Below, piece by piece: positions 1 through 12,178 of a stretch of 64,000 nt of DNA. Numbering within the stretch: position 1 is the first letter of the stretch; each line of letters opens with the position of its first letter. The stretch is from Camelus dromedarius. Lineage: Eukaryota. Under the pieces are notes generated by a model. It was not told the origin of the DNA. It worked only from the letters and a program-made list of their open reading frames with translations, and did not search any database. The stretch is from positions 95,420,001 through 95,484,000 of the forward strand of contig NC_087436.1 in assembly GCF_036321535.1 (NCBI RefSeq). The letters run 5' to 3'. A program made the translations under genes and the position numbers.

Positions 1-59
1 CAATGGTTGGCTGATTGATCCATCAACCAAAGCAGAATGTGAGTTATTCTACAAAAGAC

Positions 60-1010
60 TCAGTTTTTTCACAAATATATGGCATAAAAATGAAAAAAAA
101 AAGGAGAAATTCATATGGATTAAAAGATATTTAATAGAAATTACAGCCAAAAGCATTGTATAACCCTTGCTTGGATCCTAATTTAAACAGATCAACCATA
201 AAGTAAAATTTTGAGACAATGGGAGAAAATTGAATATGAACCAGTGTTTCTGACTTTTCTGATATGAGACAAACCTCCCTACTTCTTGGTGGCATGAAAC
301 AACAACTGTTTTCATGTTCATAGGTTCTGTGGGTCAGGACACAGTGGAGATGGCTGGAGCCTCAGTGGGAAGACTTGAAAGGCCAGGCTCAACTGAGAAT
401 ATTGGTGGGACACCTACCTGTGGCCCCTTGTGTGGGTGGATTCTGAGAGGGACCATCTGGAGAGGAGCTCTGTAGAGTAAGTGCTCCAAGAGGACCAGGT
501 CGACGTGAGGAGACCCTCCTCCCTAACTTTGCCTTCAGAGTCAGACAGCATCTCACATCTGTCCTTCCAGTGACTAAGGCCAGCACTGAGTCAAGAGAAG
601 GGATGTAGACTTCGCATCTGGATGGCAACTCACCTTGCAGGAGGTGGGAAGTGTTGCTGCAATTATTCTTGGAAAACATCATCTAACACAGCTGGCTGTT
701 AGAGGATGTTAATAAATTATTGTCATTTTTTTTCTTGTAATGTTTTCATGGATTTGATTTCTAAAAATTCCTTTAGGTGCCAGAGAGTCACACTAAGAAT
801 CATGAGTGAAATGATATAATATTTGGGATTTGCTTTAAAATACTCCAGAAAAAAATTAAAGGTAGTGGTGATGGTGACAGACTAAACTAGAATGATGGGG
901 TGCTGGTAGTTGTTGAAGCCGGGAAGTAAGTACTGGTTGTTTGTGATATTCGTTTTAATTTGTGTATGTTTGAAAAGTTCCTATGTGAAACATAAAAGAG
1001 AAAGAAAAAT
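60..1010 (+). mobile_element. Ancient L1 (L1MC/L1ME-like) 3' end, split by an MLT1 LTR
   Basis: L1MC-type 3' UTR motifs (ttggatcct..aaacag..ttttgagacaatgggagaaaattgaatatg; gtgaaatgatataatatttgggatttgctttaaaatactccag) on both sides of the LTR; A-rich end near 1000. Confidence 0.7.
275..690 (-). mobile_element. MLT1 (ERVL-MaLR) solo LTR
   Basis: Reverse-orientation MLT1 motifs (ggttctgtgggtcagga; aagtgctccaagagg; ttggaaaacatcatctaacaca). Confidence 0.7.
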
Positions 1011-1573
1011 CTGGTTTTGCCTGTTTATGGGTGTCCTTTCTTTCTACCTCCAGCAGTTTTGGGTGAGTCAGAGCCATGGTGCAGAATCGAGTCACTCATC
1101 TCCCAAGTTTAGGGGCTCCCTGTTCCTTCTGGGTGTGGCCAGCTCCCCGAGGCATTTCCTTCCCTCGTCCTCCCAAGGGCTCACACTCACTGTTCCAGCC
1201 TGAGGCAAACACCCCACCATCTACTTTTTGGCACTATTTGGTGGAGGAGTGGGACTCACCAATCTGGCAACCAGGATTGGGTTATTATAACCTCCCCACC
1301 GGCTGCCACACAGCTCCGTCCTGTTTCTTGAATCTGTTCCCTCTGTGTTTGGAGCATAGCAGGGGCCTCTTCTACTTGTGCACCTGTCTCTTCTGAACAT
1401 GATTTTGGATGTAATTTGCTTTGTCAATTTAGTCTTCTCCACTTTCTCTATTTCAAGGGATTAATTAAAATTTCTGATCTGATAGCATGCTTTTTATAGC
1501 ATTACTATGGATCCAACCTTTACCTCCTCCCATCCCCAACCCACCCCAAACAACCCACTTTTCTGTCATTTTT

Positions 1574-1632
1574 ATTTTTATTTTTTAAATTTTATTTTAT
1601 TGAGTTATAGTCAGTTTACAATGCTTTGTCAG
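1574..1632 (-). mobile_element. Very short 5'-truncated L1 3' end
   Basis: T-rich tail plus ttttattgagttatagtcagtttacaatg; TSD tctgtcattttt (1562-1573) / tctatcattttt (1633-1644). Confidence 0.7.
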
Positions 1633-2829
1633 TCTATCATTTTTAGAGATGTTGGTTGGAATGGAAAAATATTTATGAGAACTTAGGTGGCCACTTCGAT
1701 TCAATACCCCCAGTTTTTTCAATGCTTTATAGCCAAACAATATATGTACAATTATGCATCTTGTGGATTTTTGAAAACCTACATTAGAACTTAAATATTT
1801 TCCATTTTATTAAAAACTACTTGCAATAGTAATTACTCATGTTTACATTATATCAGACCTTAAATGTATCCTGTAATTTGTAATTTCTGAACTTTACATT
1901 TGGAGCCCTTTCATATTGACTGTTTCAATATTTAGTCTTCATATTAATTTTACTTCCTTAGGATAGGTTCTACAGCATGGAATTACAGTGGAAAAAAACC
2001 CATGATCTTTAAAATGACATTGATATATTGCAAATTCATCTTTAAATTCATCTTCTGTTCACTTGTGGATTTCCTCCTCATCCCCAGCAATGCTGGAGTA
2101 TCATTTCACCTGTCATTAATTATTAGAATTGTTTTACTCTTTACTGAGATTAAATGCATAATAAGCGCTAAGTGATATCTCATTCTCTCATGCTCTCCTA
2201 TGATTTTTCCAAATGATCTTGAGAATAATTTTACTAAATACAAAGAAAAAGAAAGAGAGATAGGTGGGGGGCAAGGAGAGAGAAGGGGTGGGGAAGAAAA
2301 GAAGAGGGAAAAAAGAAAACTAAATAATTCCCATTAAGATTTTTGGGGGGTTTAAAAAATCCTATGGTGCTTAAAAATTACATATGTAATACATGAGTAC
2401 ACTCTTATTTAAGAAATCAAATCAGAAATATAAAAAGGGTTAAATCTCCCTTCATCCACATTCCCCTCCGTTCTCTCAATTGCTCTTCCCTCTCCAGAGA
2501 TAGAATTTTTAGTGCATGTCCTATCAGGCTTAAAAAATCCTTATGGATTTATGTTTATGTATGTTGACATGTAATTTTTGTTGGCTTGATTTTTTTGTTT
2601 CTTTTTTTCTATTCTTGCTTTGGAAATTATATATACTATCTCTAGTCTGCTAATAATTATTCTTAAAAATCTTATTTACATATATTATTCACTCAATGGC
2701 TGGAGTTAAACCATAGCTGTGTCCTTTCCAAATGTAAGACAAATGTTTAGGAAGTTTTTACTTCCCCCTTCTCTCCATTTCCTACCATAAGGAAATCACT
2801 TGGGCTTTTAATTTCAGATTTCACTCATT

Positions 2830-5060
2830 TATTTACATTATATATCATAACTATTTACACTTAATTACCCATCTTTCTAAACATGCACCATTTTTTTTCT
2901 TTCTTACAAGTTTTTTTTTTTTTTTTTTCTGGAACGTGTTCTCAAGTAATTCTTTCAGAACAGAGCTGAACATGATAAAGTTTTGGAGTACTTTCATGTT
3001 TAAGAAAATACTTTGTCCTCCTATGTGAATGCTGGCTGATGGGGTATACAATTTTAGATTAAAAATTCTTTTGTCTGAAAATTTTGAAGATTTCCTCTGT
3101 TATCTTTCATCATCCAGGGTTGTTGATAAGAAGGCTATTGCCCATCAAATTTACCCTTCTTGCTGTTGTTTAAAACAAGTGACTTTTCCATTCTCTAATC
3201 TTTCAGGCTTTATTTTCATGGTGTAACGCATGACGCTGAGAGAGCCCCTCCTTACACCTCTGCCCGAGGTCCAGCCCTGAAGCCAGGCAGTGCATGTATA
3301 TTCTCTAGAAATAACAGTAGCAGTTATTTAAGAGGTAGACATGGTCTCTGTCTACATGGAGAATACATTTGAGAACAGAGAGACAAGACTATAAACAAAT
3401 GAATAAACAAAGTAATTACTATGAATAGAAGGAAAGTAAGTGAAAACAGTAGATTGCGTGTACAGTTCCTTAAGATGAGGTAACATTTAGGAACACATAG
3501 AATTTTTTAGAAATTATGATTGATGGGCCTTCTTAATTTGAAGACTTGTGACTTTCTTCAGCTCTGGAATTTTCATCTTTTGTTCCAAAAATTTCCAGTT
3601 TTGATATAATACGCCTTTATTTATTCTGTTCAGGACTGTATTGGCCGTCCTTTCATGACTAGAATCGGATATCTGTTACAATTTTTCACTGTTCCCTCTG
3701 TGTCTTATGTTTTCTTTTCCATCTTCAACCTTTTGTTTCTCCATGCTGCACTCTGGACATTTTATTCTCATATTATCTTTGGTTCACTAGTTCTTTACTG
3801 CTTTGTCTAATCTGCTGTTAAAACTGTCCTGAGTTAAGAACCTGAGTTCTTAGTTTTGGCCATTGTATTTTTAGTTCTAGAATTTCTATTTGAGTGTCTT
3901 TCAAATTGGCAGCATCATTTTTGTGGTTTACAGATTCTTGCCAAAATAACCTTTTATTTCTTTGAACATAGTAAACATTGTTTTATAGTCTATGTCTTAT
4001 CTGTTAGAATCTAGAGTTTCTCTGGGTATGTTTCTGTTTGTTTTTTCTGCTGGTTCTTGCTTATGGTGTTCTTTTCTTTTTTGTGTGCCTAGTTATTCTT
4101 GGTTGTGTCTTAAACATCTTATTTTAAAAACTTGTAGAAACAATTTGAGGTCTGAGATGATATCATCTTTATCATGAGACAGGTTGTGTTTGTGTCTGCA
4201 TCATGTGAGTACATTAGCAGTATGGGATTAACTTCATCCAAGTGTGCATTGACTGACATTTAAAAAATATATACTTTTATTGAAGTACAATCAGTTTACA
4301 ATGTTGTGTCAATTTCTGGTCTACAGCACTTCACTTATACATGAACATACATATATTCATTTTCATATTCTTTTTCACCACAAGTTACTACAAGGTATTG
4401 AATATAGTTCCCTGTGCCATACAGTATGAACTTGTTGTTTATCTATTTTATATATGTTAGTTAGTATCTGCAAATCTGGAACTCCCAGTTTATCCCTTCC
4501 CACTCCCTTCCCCTGCTGGTAACCATAAGTTTGTTTTCTATGTCTGTGAGTCTGTTTCTGTTTTGTAAATAAGTTTGTTTGTCTTTCTTTTTTAGATTCC
4601 ACATACAAGTGATCTCTTATGGTATTTTTCTTTCTCTTTCTGTCTTATTTCACTTAGAATGGCAATCTCCATGTCCATTCATGTTGCTGCAAATGGCATT
4701 ACTTTATTATTTTTATGACTGAGTAGTATTCCATTGTATAAATATACCACAACTTCTTTACCCAGTCATTTAACTGGCATTTTTTTAGCCTCTGGATATT
4801 ATAAAACTGGAATACAGTCTGTGTGAGGGCTGATTTGCTTCTAGTTTACCTTTACACTTAGGGTGCAGTCTTTTAGGGTCCTGCCTCAAAGTAGGAGGAG
4901 AAGATATATTTTATTAGAGAACAGGGCTGACCTTGTTCTTTGATTTTTTTTTAAACTCCTGGTACCTAAGAGTCTATCAGTAGTGCACACATCCTCTCAG
5001 CCTTTTCCTCCAGACTGGCAAGTGTCCCTTCCACAAAAGTAGTGTGAGTGCCAGGCTCAC
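2830..5060 (-). mobile_element. Degenerate ancient L1M ORF1/5' region, interrupted by an L2-like fragment (~3330-3480) and a younger L1
   Basis: T-rich antisense L1 motifs (ctaatctgctgttaaaactgtcc; gtatttttagttctagaatttctatttg; ttctttgaacatagtaaacattgttttatagtc). Confidence 0.6.
4262..4770 (-). mobile_element. Younger lineage L1 3' end
   Basis: ttttattgaagtacaatcagtttacaatgttg ... ggtaaccataagtttgttttctatgtctgtgagtctg ... catgttgctgcaaatggc; TSD tgactgacattt (4250-4261) / taactggcattt (4771-4782). Confidence 0.9.
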
Positions 5061-5439
5061 TTCCCTGGCTTCAGTTCTTTTCCCAGATCTTGTTCCTTAA
5101 AGTAGAAATCTCTCTCTCTTTCTGGTAAACTGAAAGAAGATTTTCTTTCCTGAAAGGAGAATGAAACCTCTCTATGAAATGAGAACTCCTCTTGCATCTT
5201 AAGCAAGCAAATGAAGTCAGCAAAACCTGGCTGATTAACAGAATCATTTAAACAGATTTTAAAATGGCCCAACCATAGGATGTGTACACTTCAGTAGGTG
5301 AAGACTTTCTCAGGATCTGTAACCACAATGATTTTCAGGTAATTTCCAAATCCCCAATGTCCACAGGTACTTTTCCCTCAGAAACCACCTGTGCTTAGAT
5401 ACTCCCCTTCACAGAGCCTGGTGCCGACTAGCAGCTACC

Positions 5440-5855
5440 TAGGTGGACACTGAAGTCAAATCTAGCTGATCAGAGCTAACAGCCCTCCTGGCTTTAGTGG
5501 TTTTAGTATGTCCATGTAACTGAATCAGAGACAATCAGAATCCTGCCTGCGATTTTTTTTTTCAAGGGCCATCAGGAAAGACTGGTACCTTCCACTGTGG
5601 TTACTGAGGTGGGGAGATGTGAGGCTGCACTACTGGTGGCCATCCTGCCTTCTTTATAGAAAGCCTGTCTAAGAGAACTTCTCTTCAGGAAGAGAGAGAG
5701 ATAGATCTCCAACAACATGATGAAACTTCTGAATCTTGTGTTGGACTCCAGTTGTATCCCTGGACTCCAGAGTTAAGTGAGACAATACATCTTATGTTTT
5801 CTGCTTCAGATACTTTGAGTTGGGTTTGTATCACTAGAAAACTGAATGCTCTGTG
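5440..5855 (+). mobile_element. MLT1J-like solo LTR
   Basis: MLT1 3' motif gtgagacaatacatc..tttgagttgggtttgtatcactagaaaactgaa. Confidence 0.6.
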
Positions 5856-7097
5856 TCTCCAGTCTAGAGAGAGTGGTGTGACTAGGTAGGTTGCCAGAAT
5901 AAGAACTCGGGCCCAGGGGAAGAAGACAGATGCTTTATCTGGTCTGCTAGGACCGGAAGCACAGTACTGAACTAGGAGGATATAAAATACAGTCAATGTC
6001 TACACCCACCATCTCTGTCCTGTACTCACTCATAAGAGAAATCACTACTGGATCACAGCATTCTTTCCTATAGAGACAGAACAGGTCATCACAATCTTAC
6101 TTTTTTGTAGAGGCCAGGCAACCACCATGACTGATATAAATTTGTGTCTATTTCACAACCTGGATTTAATGCCTGAAGACTGAGATGCATTTGTCCAAGA
6201 ACTGGGCTTCAACTTGAAGGTTAACCTAATTTAAGTTGGAATTTCTTCCTTGTGGATACTTTCAGAGTATGCCTAGTCAATTATTATTATTAAAATACTA
6301 TGAATATGAATAATGATAAATTATTGAGCTTTTTTTTTTATATACTTTAAACATTCTACATGTAACTGTAAATTTGGTTCCTGAATCCATGTCTGTCTAC
6401 TGGTTTCTTTGTTTCTTTTAGTTGTTCCAGAGTGATGATATTTTCAGTTGGTTTTGAGTGTTGTCAAGCACTGCTATTTTTGGAGTTGCCTCTCTGTTGT
6501 TTACAGAGAAAGCCCAGGAGATCTTGAATCTGACATGATGGTGTATCATTTGGCAGTTAGAGATTTTCCTCCAGCAGGGGCACAATGCTTCCTTTTGCTA
6601 ACCACCTGAATTTCCTGCCCTTATCAGCCTGAAAATCAATGATAATTGTCTATTATGTGGATTTTCATTCAGTCTTTTATGTTTAAGTTCAACCATTTTC
6701 CCATCACCAAGCAACAGATGTCCTACTCAAGTGACTCAAGTGTACTTGCTAAGAGCATCTGTAACAAAGAGTTCCATGGGCTTTAGCAGTAAGTCAGGAC
6801 AGCCTAATATCATTTAAAACGCTACCTATTTCCAACCCTTCTTAAAATCTGTTACATATTACAGGAGAAATGTCTATTGTGTCATTGTTGTAGAAATACT
6901 AGCTATTTTGTCTCAGGATTCTAACTGACCCATAGATTAAATTTAAGATGTCTTAGGACAAATATAAAAATCATCCAACACTTTTAAAAATAAGGTATAC
7001 CAGAAAGATCATAAAATGTCCAGTGACAGGGTTGAAAGTATATTCAATTTGGCTAATTATAGTAGTTACTCTTTCTCATTTTCATAAACCTCAGCTT

Positions 7098-7335
7098 TAA
7101 CAGCTAACATTTGTTTAGCGTTTAATTGTGCCAGACACTGTACCAAGTGCTTTACTGGCATTATTACATTTAATCCTAACATAAGAAGTATATACTTTTA
7201 TTCTCCCTGTTTTACAAATGAGGTTCCCAAGAGGTAAAGAGATTGGGTAACTTACTCAGTATTACAACTATTAATTAATTAATGTACATCTGCCTCCAGG
7301 CCTAGATTTGTATGAGTCCGGAGCCTGTTTCAATG
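7098..7335 (-). mobile_element. MIR SINE
   Basis: cagctaacattt..gtgccagacactgtaccaagtgctttac..tttaatcct..ttttacaaatgagg. Confidence 0.8.
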
Positions 7336-7360
7336 AAACATGACTATAAAGACTTGCATA

Positions 7361-7770
7361 TGTATCATTAGGATTAGACACAAGTAACAGAAAAACTCAA
7401 AATGGGAACAGGTTAGTTTATCCATTTCCCTTGTGTTTAAGGGGTGTGGAGAGAGTCAGCACAGAGATGCCAAGGCATTCAAAGTTATTAAGGACTCAGG
7501 CTTATCTTATTGCTCTGCCAATGTGTGGTTTCTATTCCAAAACCACCTTATGAATCAAAATGGCTGCCAGAGCACCAGTCATCGCACCTGAATTCTAGGA
7601 AATAGGAATACACACACCAGTTCTATTTCATGCTTTTGCTTTGGAGTTAGTCATAAGGGCACACCTAGCTTTGAGGAGTCTAGGAAATGTAGTCTCCATT
7701 CTGGGCAGCCATGTGTCCAGCCAAAACTCAGGAAGAAGAAAGAATAAATATGGGGAATAGTGTAAACCAC
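7361..7770 (-). mobile_element. MLT1J/K-like solo LTR
   Basis: caagtaacagaaaaactcaaa; aaaatggctgccagagcacca; cctagctttgaggagtctaggaaatgtagtc. Confidence 0.65.
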
Positions 7771-9388
7771 AGGTTTTGCTGATGTCACATTTTCAACTGC
7801 TTTCCCATAATTTGTGTGAATATTAGAAGTTTATGTTTTCTGGTATCCAGAAATATTCAGATTGTTTTAAAAAATCAACTCAGAAGAACTTCATGAAAAT
7901 GTTGCTTATTACTATACATTCAGACATTTCATAAAACAAATTAGAGCTCTAAATCTAACATGACAGAAAGCAAAAGCTTGACATTATCATATGTCTGCTA
8001 CACAGGGGTTAGTTCTCCCTTTAACACTAACATGAGAAGGGGTTCTGCTATTGAGGACTATTTAACAGGCATCCTTTCATGCTTTCTTTGTAATTATTTT
8101 TTCTCCTGCTTAACCATTGACTAGAAGCCATGAGAGAAGAAGTTTCCTACTTGCTCACTCTTTCCTTTACACTGTGCCAAAGTCCGAGCTGGACTGTGTA
8201 ACACTGTAAGCGTTCATTCATTCATTCAATAAAAACTTCCAGGTACTGTGCTGGGCGTCCCATTAGTGGCACTAATACTGGTATAAGTCTGTGCTCTTGT
8301 TTACTTGTCAGAGGCTTTAGATGCCTACCATCTACTTTGATCCTTATTCTGGGAATACAAATGTACGTAATCACAGAAGTCCTGGAGCAACGATCGAACA
8401 TTTTTTCATTTGACAAAATGCTTATTAAACTCTCACTATTCTAGACACCATCTAGCCAATAAATAACACTTCTTTTCACAGCTGAGTTTGGAACCAATTC
8501 AGAGACAAAATAAGGGAGAAGAGCAAGCAAGGATGAAAATATCATCCTTATTACTGATAAAGGCTATGTTAGGATGCGGCTTAGGTGTAGGGCAGTGTTG
8601 GGCTTCTTAATACTGGACCCTCAAGCTCGGCAGGCTTCACACATAGTCTTAGGCAATGCTAATGGCCATAGGTGGTCAATACGGGGCCCGACCTTGTAAA
8701 ACCTGTGGGACGAAGGAACTGGCCAATAGACTGGACCAAGACTTGCTCCACCTCCTAGAGGAAGGCTGAGGTTGTTCCAAGGAGTGTCCCTCCTCCTGAA
8801 GGAGACGTCGGGAGTGAGCAGTAAGGTTCCCTCATCTGTCTCTGCCCCCCACAGAGATCAACCCAGAACTGTAGGAGAAGCGCCCCATGGTCTGCAGACG
8901 CACTGTTTCCCATCTCTCCAGCTTTCCTCTTCTCCATCCCCTGGCTCCTCTGTCAGAGGCAGAGACCTCCTTGAGGCTGAAGTCCCCTCTTTTGCCTCCA
9001 GGTACATCAGCTCCATGGCTCTCTGCTGGTCAGCTGACCAGTCCCCTTCCACTGTCTTTCTCCCTGATCATCTTTCAATGAGAGATGGCCATGTGGCATT
9101 TTTGGTTCCTGGAGAGGCTGCCATTCCTAATCTAAAAGGCAGAGCCTTTCTAAAGGAGAAACTTTTTTGGACACTTCATTCTTCTTTCACCTTCCTGCCT
9201 GGAATGTGAAGATGAGGTCCAGAGCAACAATGAGAAAGCAACTCATATAAGGATTAAAAGGGGCCCCCTAATAAAAATGGGGAGCAGAGCTGGAAAGCAC
9301 TTGGATCCCTGATGACTTGGTGGGGTGCCTTTATAGGATCCGGACCGTTATCTCAAAGATCCCCAAATGATGTGTGATCCACTCTGTG

Positions 9389-9732
9389 TGCTATGATCTG
9401 AATGTTTGTGTCCCCTAAAGTTCATATGTTGAATCCTAACCCCCACAAGGTGATGATATTAAGAAGTGTGAACTTTGGGGGTGATTGGGTCATGAGGGCA
9501 GAACCCTCACGAATGGGATTAGTGCTCCCCTAAAGGAGACCCCAGAGAGCTCTCCTGCCCCTCCCACCACGTGAGAACATAGCCAGGACAGCTGTCTGTG
9601 AGCTAGGAGGCTTGCTTTCACCGGACTGTCAGCCTCGGACTTCACAGCCTCCTGTGAAGAATAAAACTTCTGTTGTTCATAAGCCACTCAGTCTATGGTG
9701 TTTTGTTGTAGCAGCCCGAATGAACTAAGACA
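9389..9732 (+). mobile_element. MLT1A-type solo LTR, complete, nested in an older MLT1-like LTR (~9000-9780)
   Basis: TG..CA ends (tgctatgatctgaatgtttgtgtcccc .. gaactaagaca), AATAAA near 9660, perfect 5-bp TSD ctgtg (9384-9388 / 9733-9737). Confidence 0.92.
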
Positions 9733-11968
9733 CTGTGTGTCAGAACCTTAGAGTCCTGAATTTTGGTTATCAGGAGCTGTATTTAATTTTTTAAAATATT
9801 CTTTTGGAGACAGGTATTTGAGTAGACATTTTCTGACATCTAAGGCAAATGGATGCTTTTGGAGTTAAATATTCTTTAACTTGGTAACTTTATTTTTTGA
9901 AGCATGTATTTATACAGCTAAAATGTCAAATGGGGGTGGGGATGCATATGCTGGAAGACTGAGGACAATTTGAGGAAATGACCTCTACATCTAGCATCTC
10001 ACTATTCCTAGAATCCAAGCGAGAAGGGGACGTGGGGAGCTTCCGGTCCGCAGGGTCTCAGACTGTCTCACCAGGATCCTCGGGCTTCCCTGGAGGCGCT
10101 TCCGGGGCTGCCTTGGAGGGATGGGAGGAAGTTGAGTAGACGGGCTCCAGCTCTGACCCCAGTTTAACCAGAACACCTCCACTTTTACCTCCGCTCTCCA
10201 CTGGGACTCCTTGTGAAACTAATTCAGGAGGAGAAGGTGGAGAAGGTTTCTGTTGTCAAATGTTTAAAATTACTCGTTTAGTCAAAATTAAGTTTAAAAA
10301 CTACTTATCTCTCCCAGCATCCTATTTTATAACTAAGGAAGCTGACACCCAGCAAAGTTCAAATGACTTGATCAAGCGGCAGACTACGGCTGAGCTCTCC
10401 AATACCCTCCCTTCCTGCTACCGGTATATTGTTATTCCTGAATTAATGCTCAGTTTCCACAGATTATGAAAGAGGGGATTTCCTCCAAATGTTCATCTCT
10501 GTAAGGTTGGATTTCTTTACAGTAGCTCTACATCCAGGAACCTTACACTAAGAAAACCACAGGCCTGTAAACCCCAATCACAGAGAGAAAAGACTTCATG
10601 CAACTGAATATTCTAGAGGTGAATGGACTTTAGGTTTGGTTTGATCAAGGCTTTCATTCTGTAAGCTCTGCTCTCTTCCATGGGCTAACTCAGTCTGGAT
10701 CCCCACGTGGTATTTGTCTGAGGGGATAAGCCTGAGAACCCTGAAATCATGAAATAATCCCCACCTTTGCTCTGACTGGTCCACTAGGAACCAGTAACTG
10801 TAGCAAGTTGTCTTTGTTCTGAAGGACACTTACCTTGTATACTTGGTGTCTGCCTAATGTTCTCTTACTCATGCCTGTGTGCACTCATAGTTTTAAAAGC
10901 ATCTCTTTAACTTGGTTATCTTACATGATCTAGTGATAAATATCCTTATTTTTCTCCATCCCTCCTTTTCTGCTTAAGCATTACTTGAGGTGTTTTCTTC
11001 CCAGTGCCTCGTGATTTAGACTTCCATATTGGGTCCCTATAGTGCTGGCTTCATTTCTGACATTGTCCAACCTGAAAATCATGGTGGAATCGCTCAGCTT
11101 TTGCAGCTTTCACCATTAAGGTGCTCTGGAGAGTGGTCTGTCCACCCTTCCTGATTGAGGGGTTGGGTTTACATCCCTTCTGCTGCATTTCACCAGCATC
11201 CTCTCTGCGGAGGTGACTGTGGCATGTGAGGCTGCGAGAAACACAGCAAGTGTCGTCATGAGCTGAGGCTGCTCAGGGAAACTAGTGCCACTGTGTTTGC
11301 AGCCCCCTCGACCAACTCCCCAGCCAGGAGTGGGGACTTGGGCCTGGGGCTGTGGGATACATCCCAGACTCTGAACTTTTGGAACATCCCTGTGCTTTCT
11401 ATTTTGTCTGGATTAGCAGCTAATCCCTTAAATCAAAATGACCTGTTTCTTTGTTCTTAAAGATTAAAAAAAAAAAAAAAAAAAAAAAAGGATAAAGCTG
11501 GCTTGTGGGAAAGGAGCCCCAAAGCATGAGTGAGGGATGATGGAGGCACTGGGAGAAAGGGGTGAGATTGAGGCCCCACCAGAGGATTTGGGGACGGAAG
11601 ACCTGGGTTCTTGACAGAGTTCTTGCTCCCATGGGTATGTAATGGGAGGATAGGGAGGGCTGGGGGCTCTTTGGGGATTCTGAGGAATATCTCAGTCAAA
11701 ACACTACCCAGCTGTAATTTTATTTGCAGAAGATTGAATGAAACAAATAAATCAAAATAAGAAAAATGCCAGAAGAGCAACCATTTTTAAGGCAATGTTC
11801 AAATAACCATACACAATGCTGTATTTGCTGCATTTGCAAAAAAAAAAAAAAAAAATGAAAGGCATTTTGAATGAACAAGGACAGAGAAACAATAAAATAA
11901 ACCAAGATAGGAATACAATGAAATATTACATACCCATTATAAGGAAGACATAGGACGAGTCTTTAGAA

Positions 11969-12178
11969 CTGTGTTGGCTGATACTGGAGTCATCTAGCCA
12001 TAAGTGACTATCTAAATTTGCATTTAAATGAATTAAAATGAAATAAGATAAAAATTCAGTTCCTCAGTTGCACTAGCTCCACTTCAAGTGTTTAGAGCCA
12101 CATACAGCTAGTGGCTTCTGTCAAAGTGCAGATTTTGGACATTTTCATTATCACAGAAAATTCAGTTAGACAGTGATG
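11969..12178 (-). mobile_element. MER3 (hAT-Charlie MITE)
   Basis: aaaattcagttcctcagttgcactagc..cacttcaagtg..gctagtggc; 8-bp TSD ctttagaa / ctctagaa fitting the NTCTAGAN target. Confidence 0.85.

Noticed and set aside
6571..6583. CTCF-like ccagcaggggcac (similar at 17899 and 61501)
   Set aside because: Each departs from the core consensus in spacing or key bases
8772..9209. 145-aa ORF
   Set aside because: Non-ATG start, runs into LTR-derived sequence, no recognisable protein
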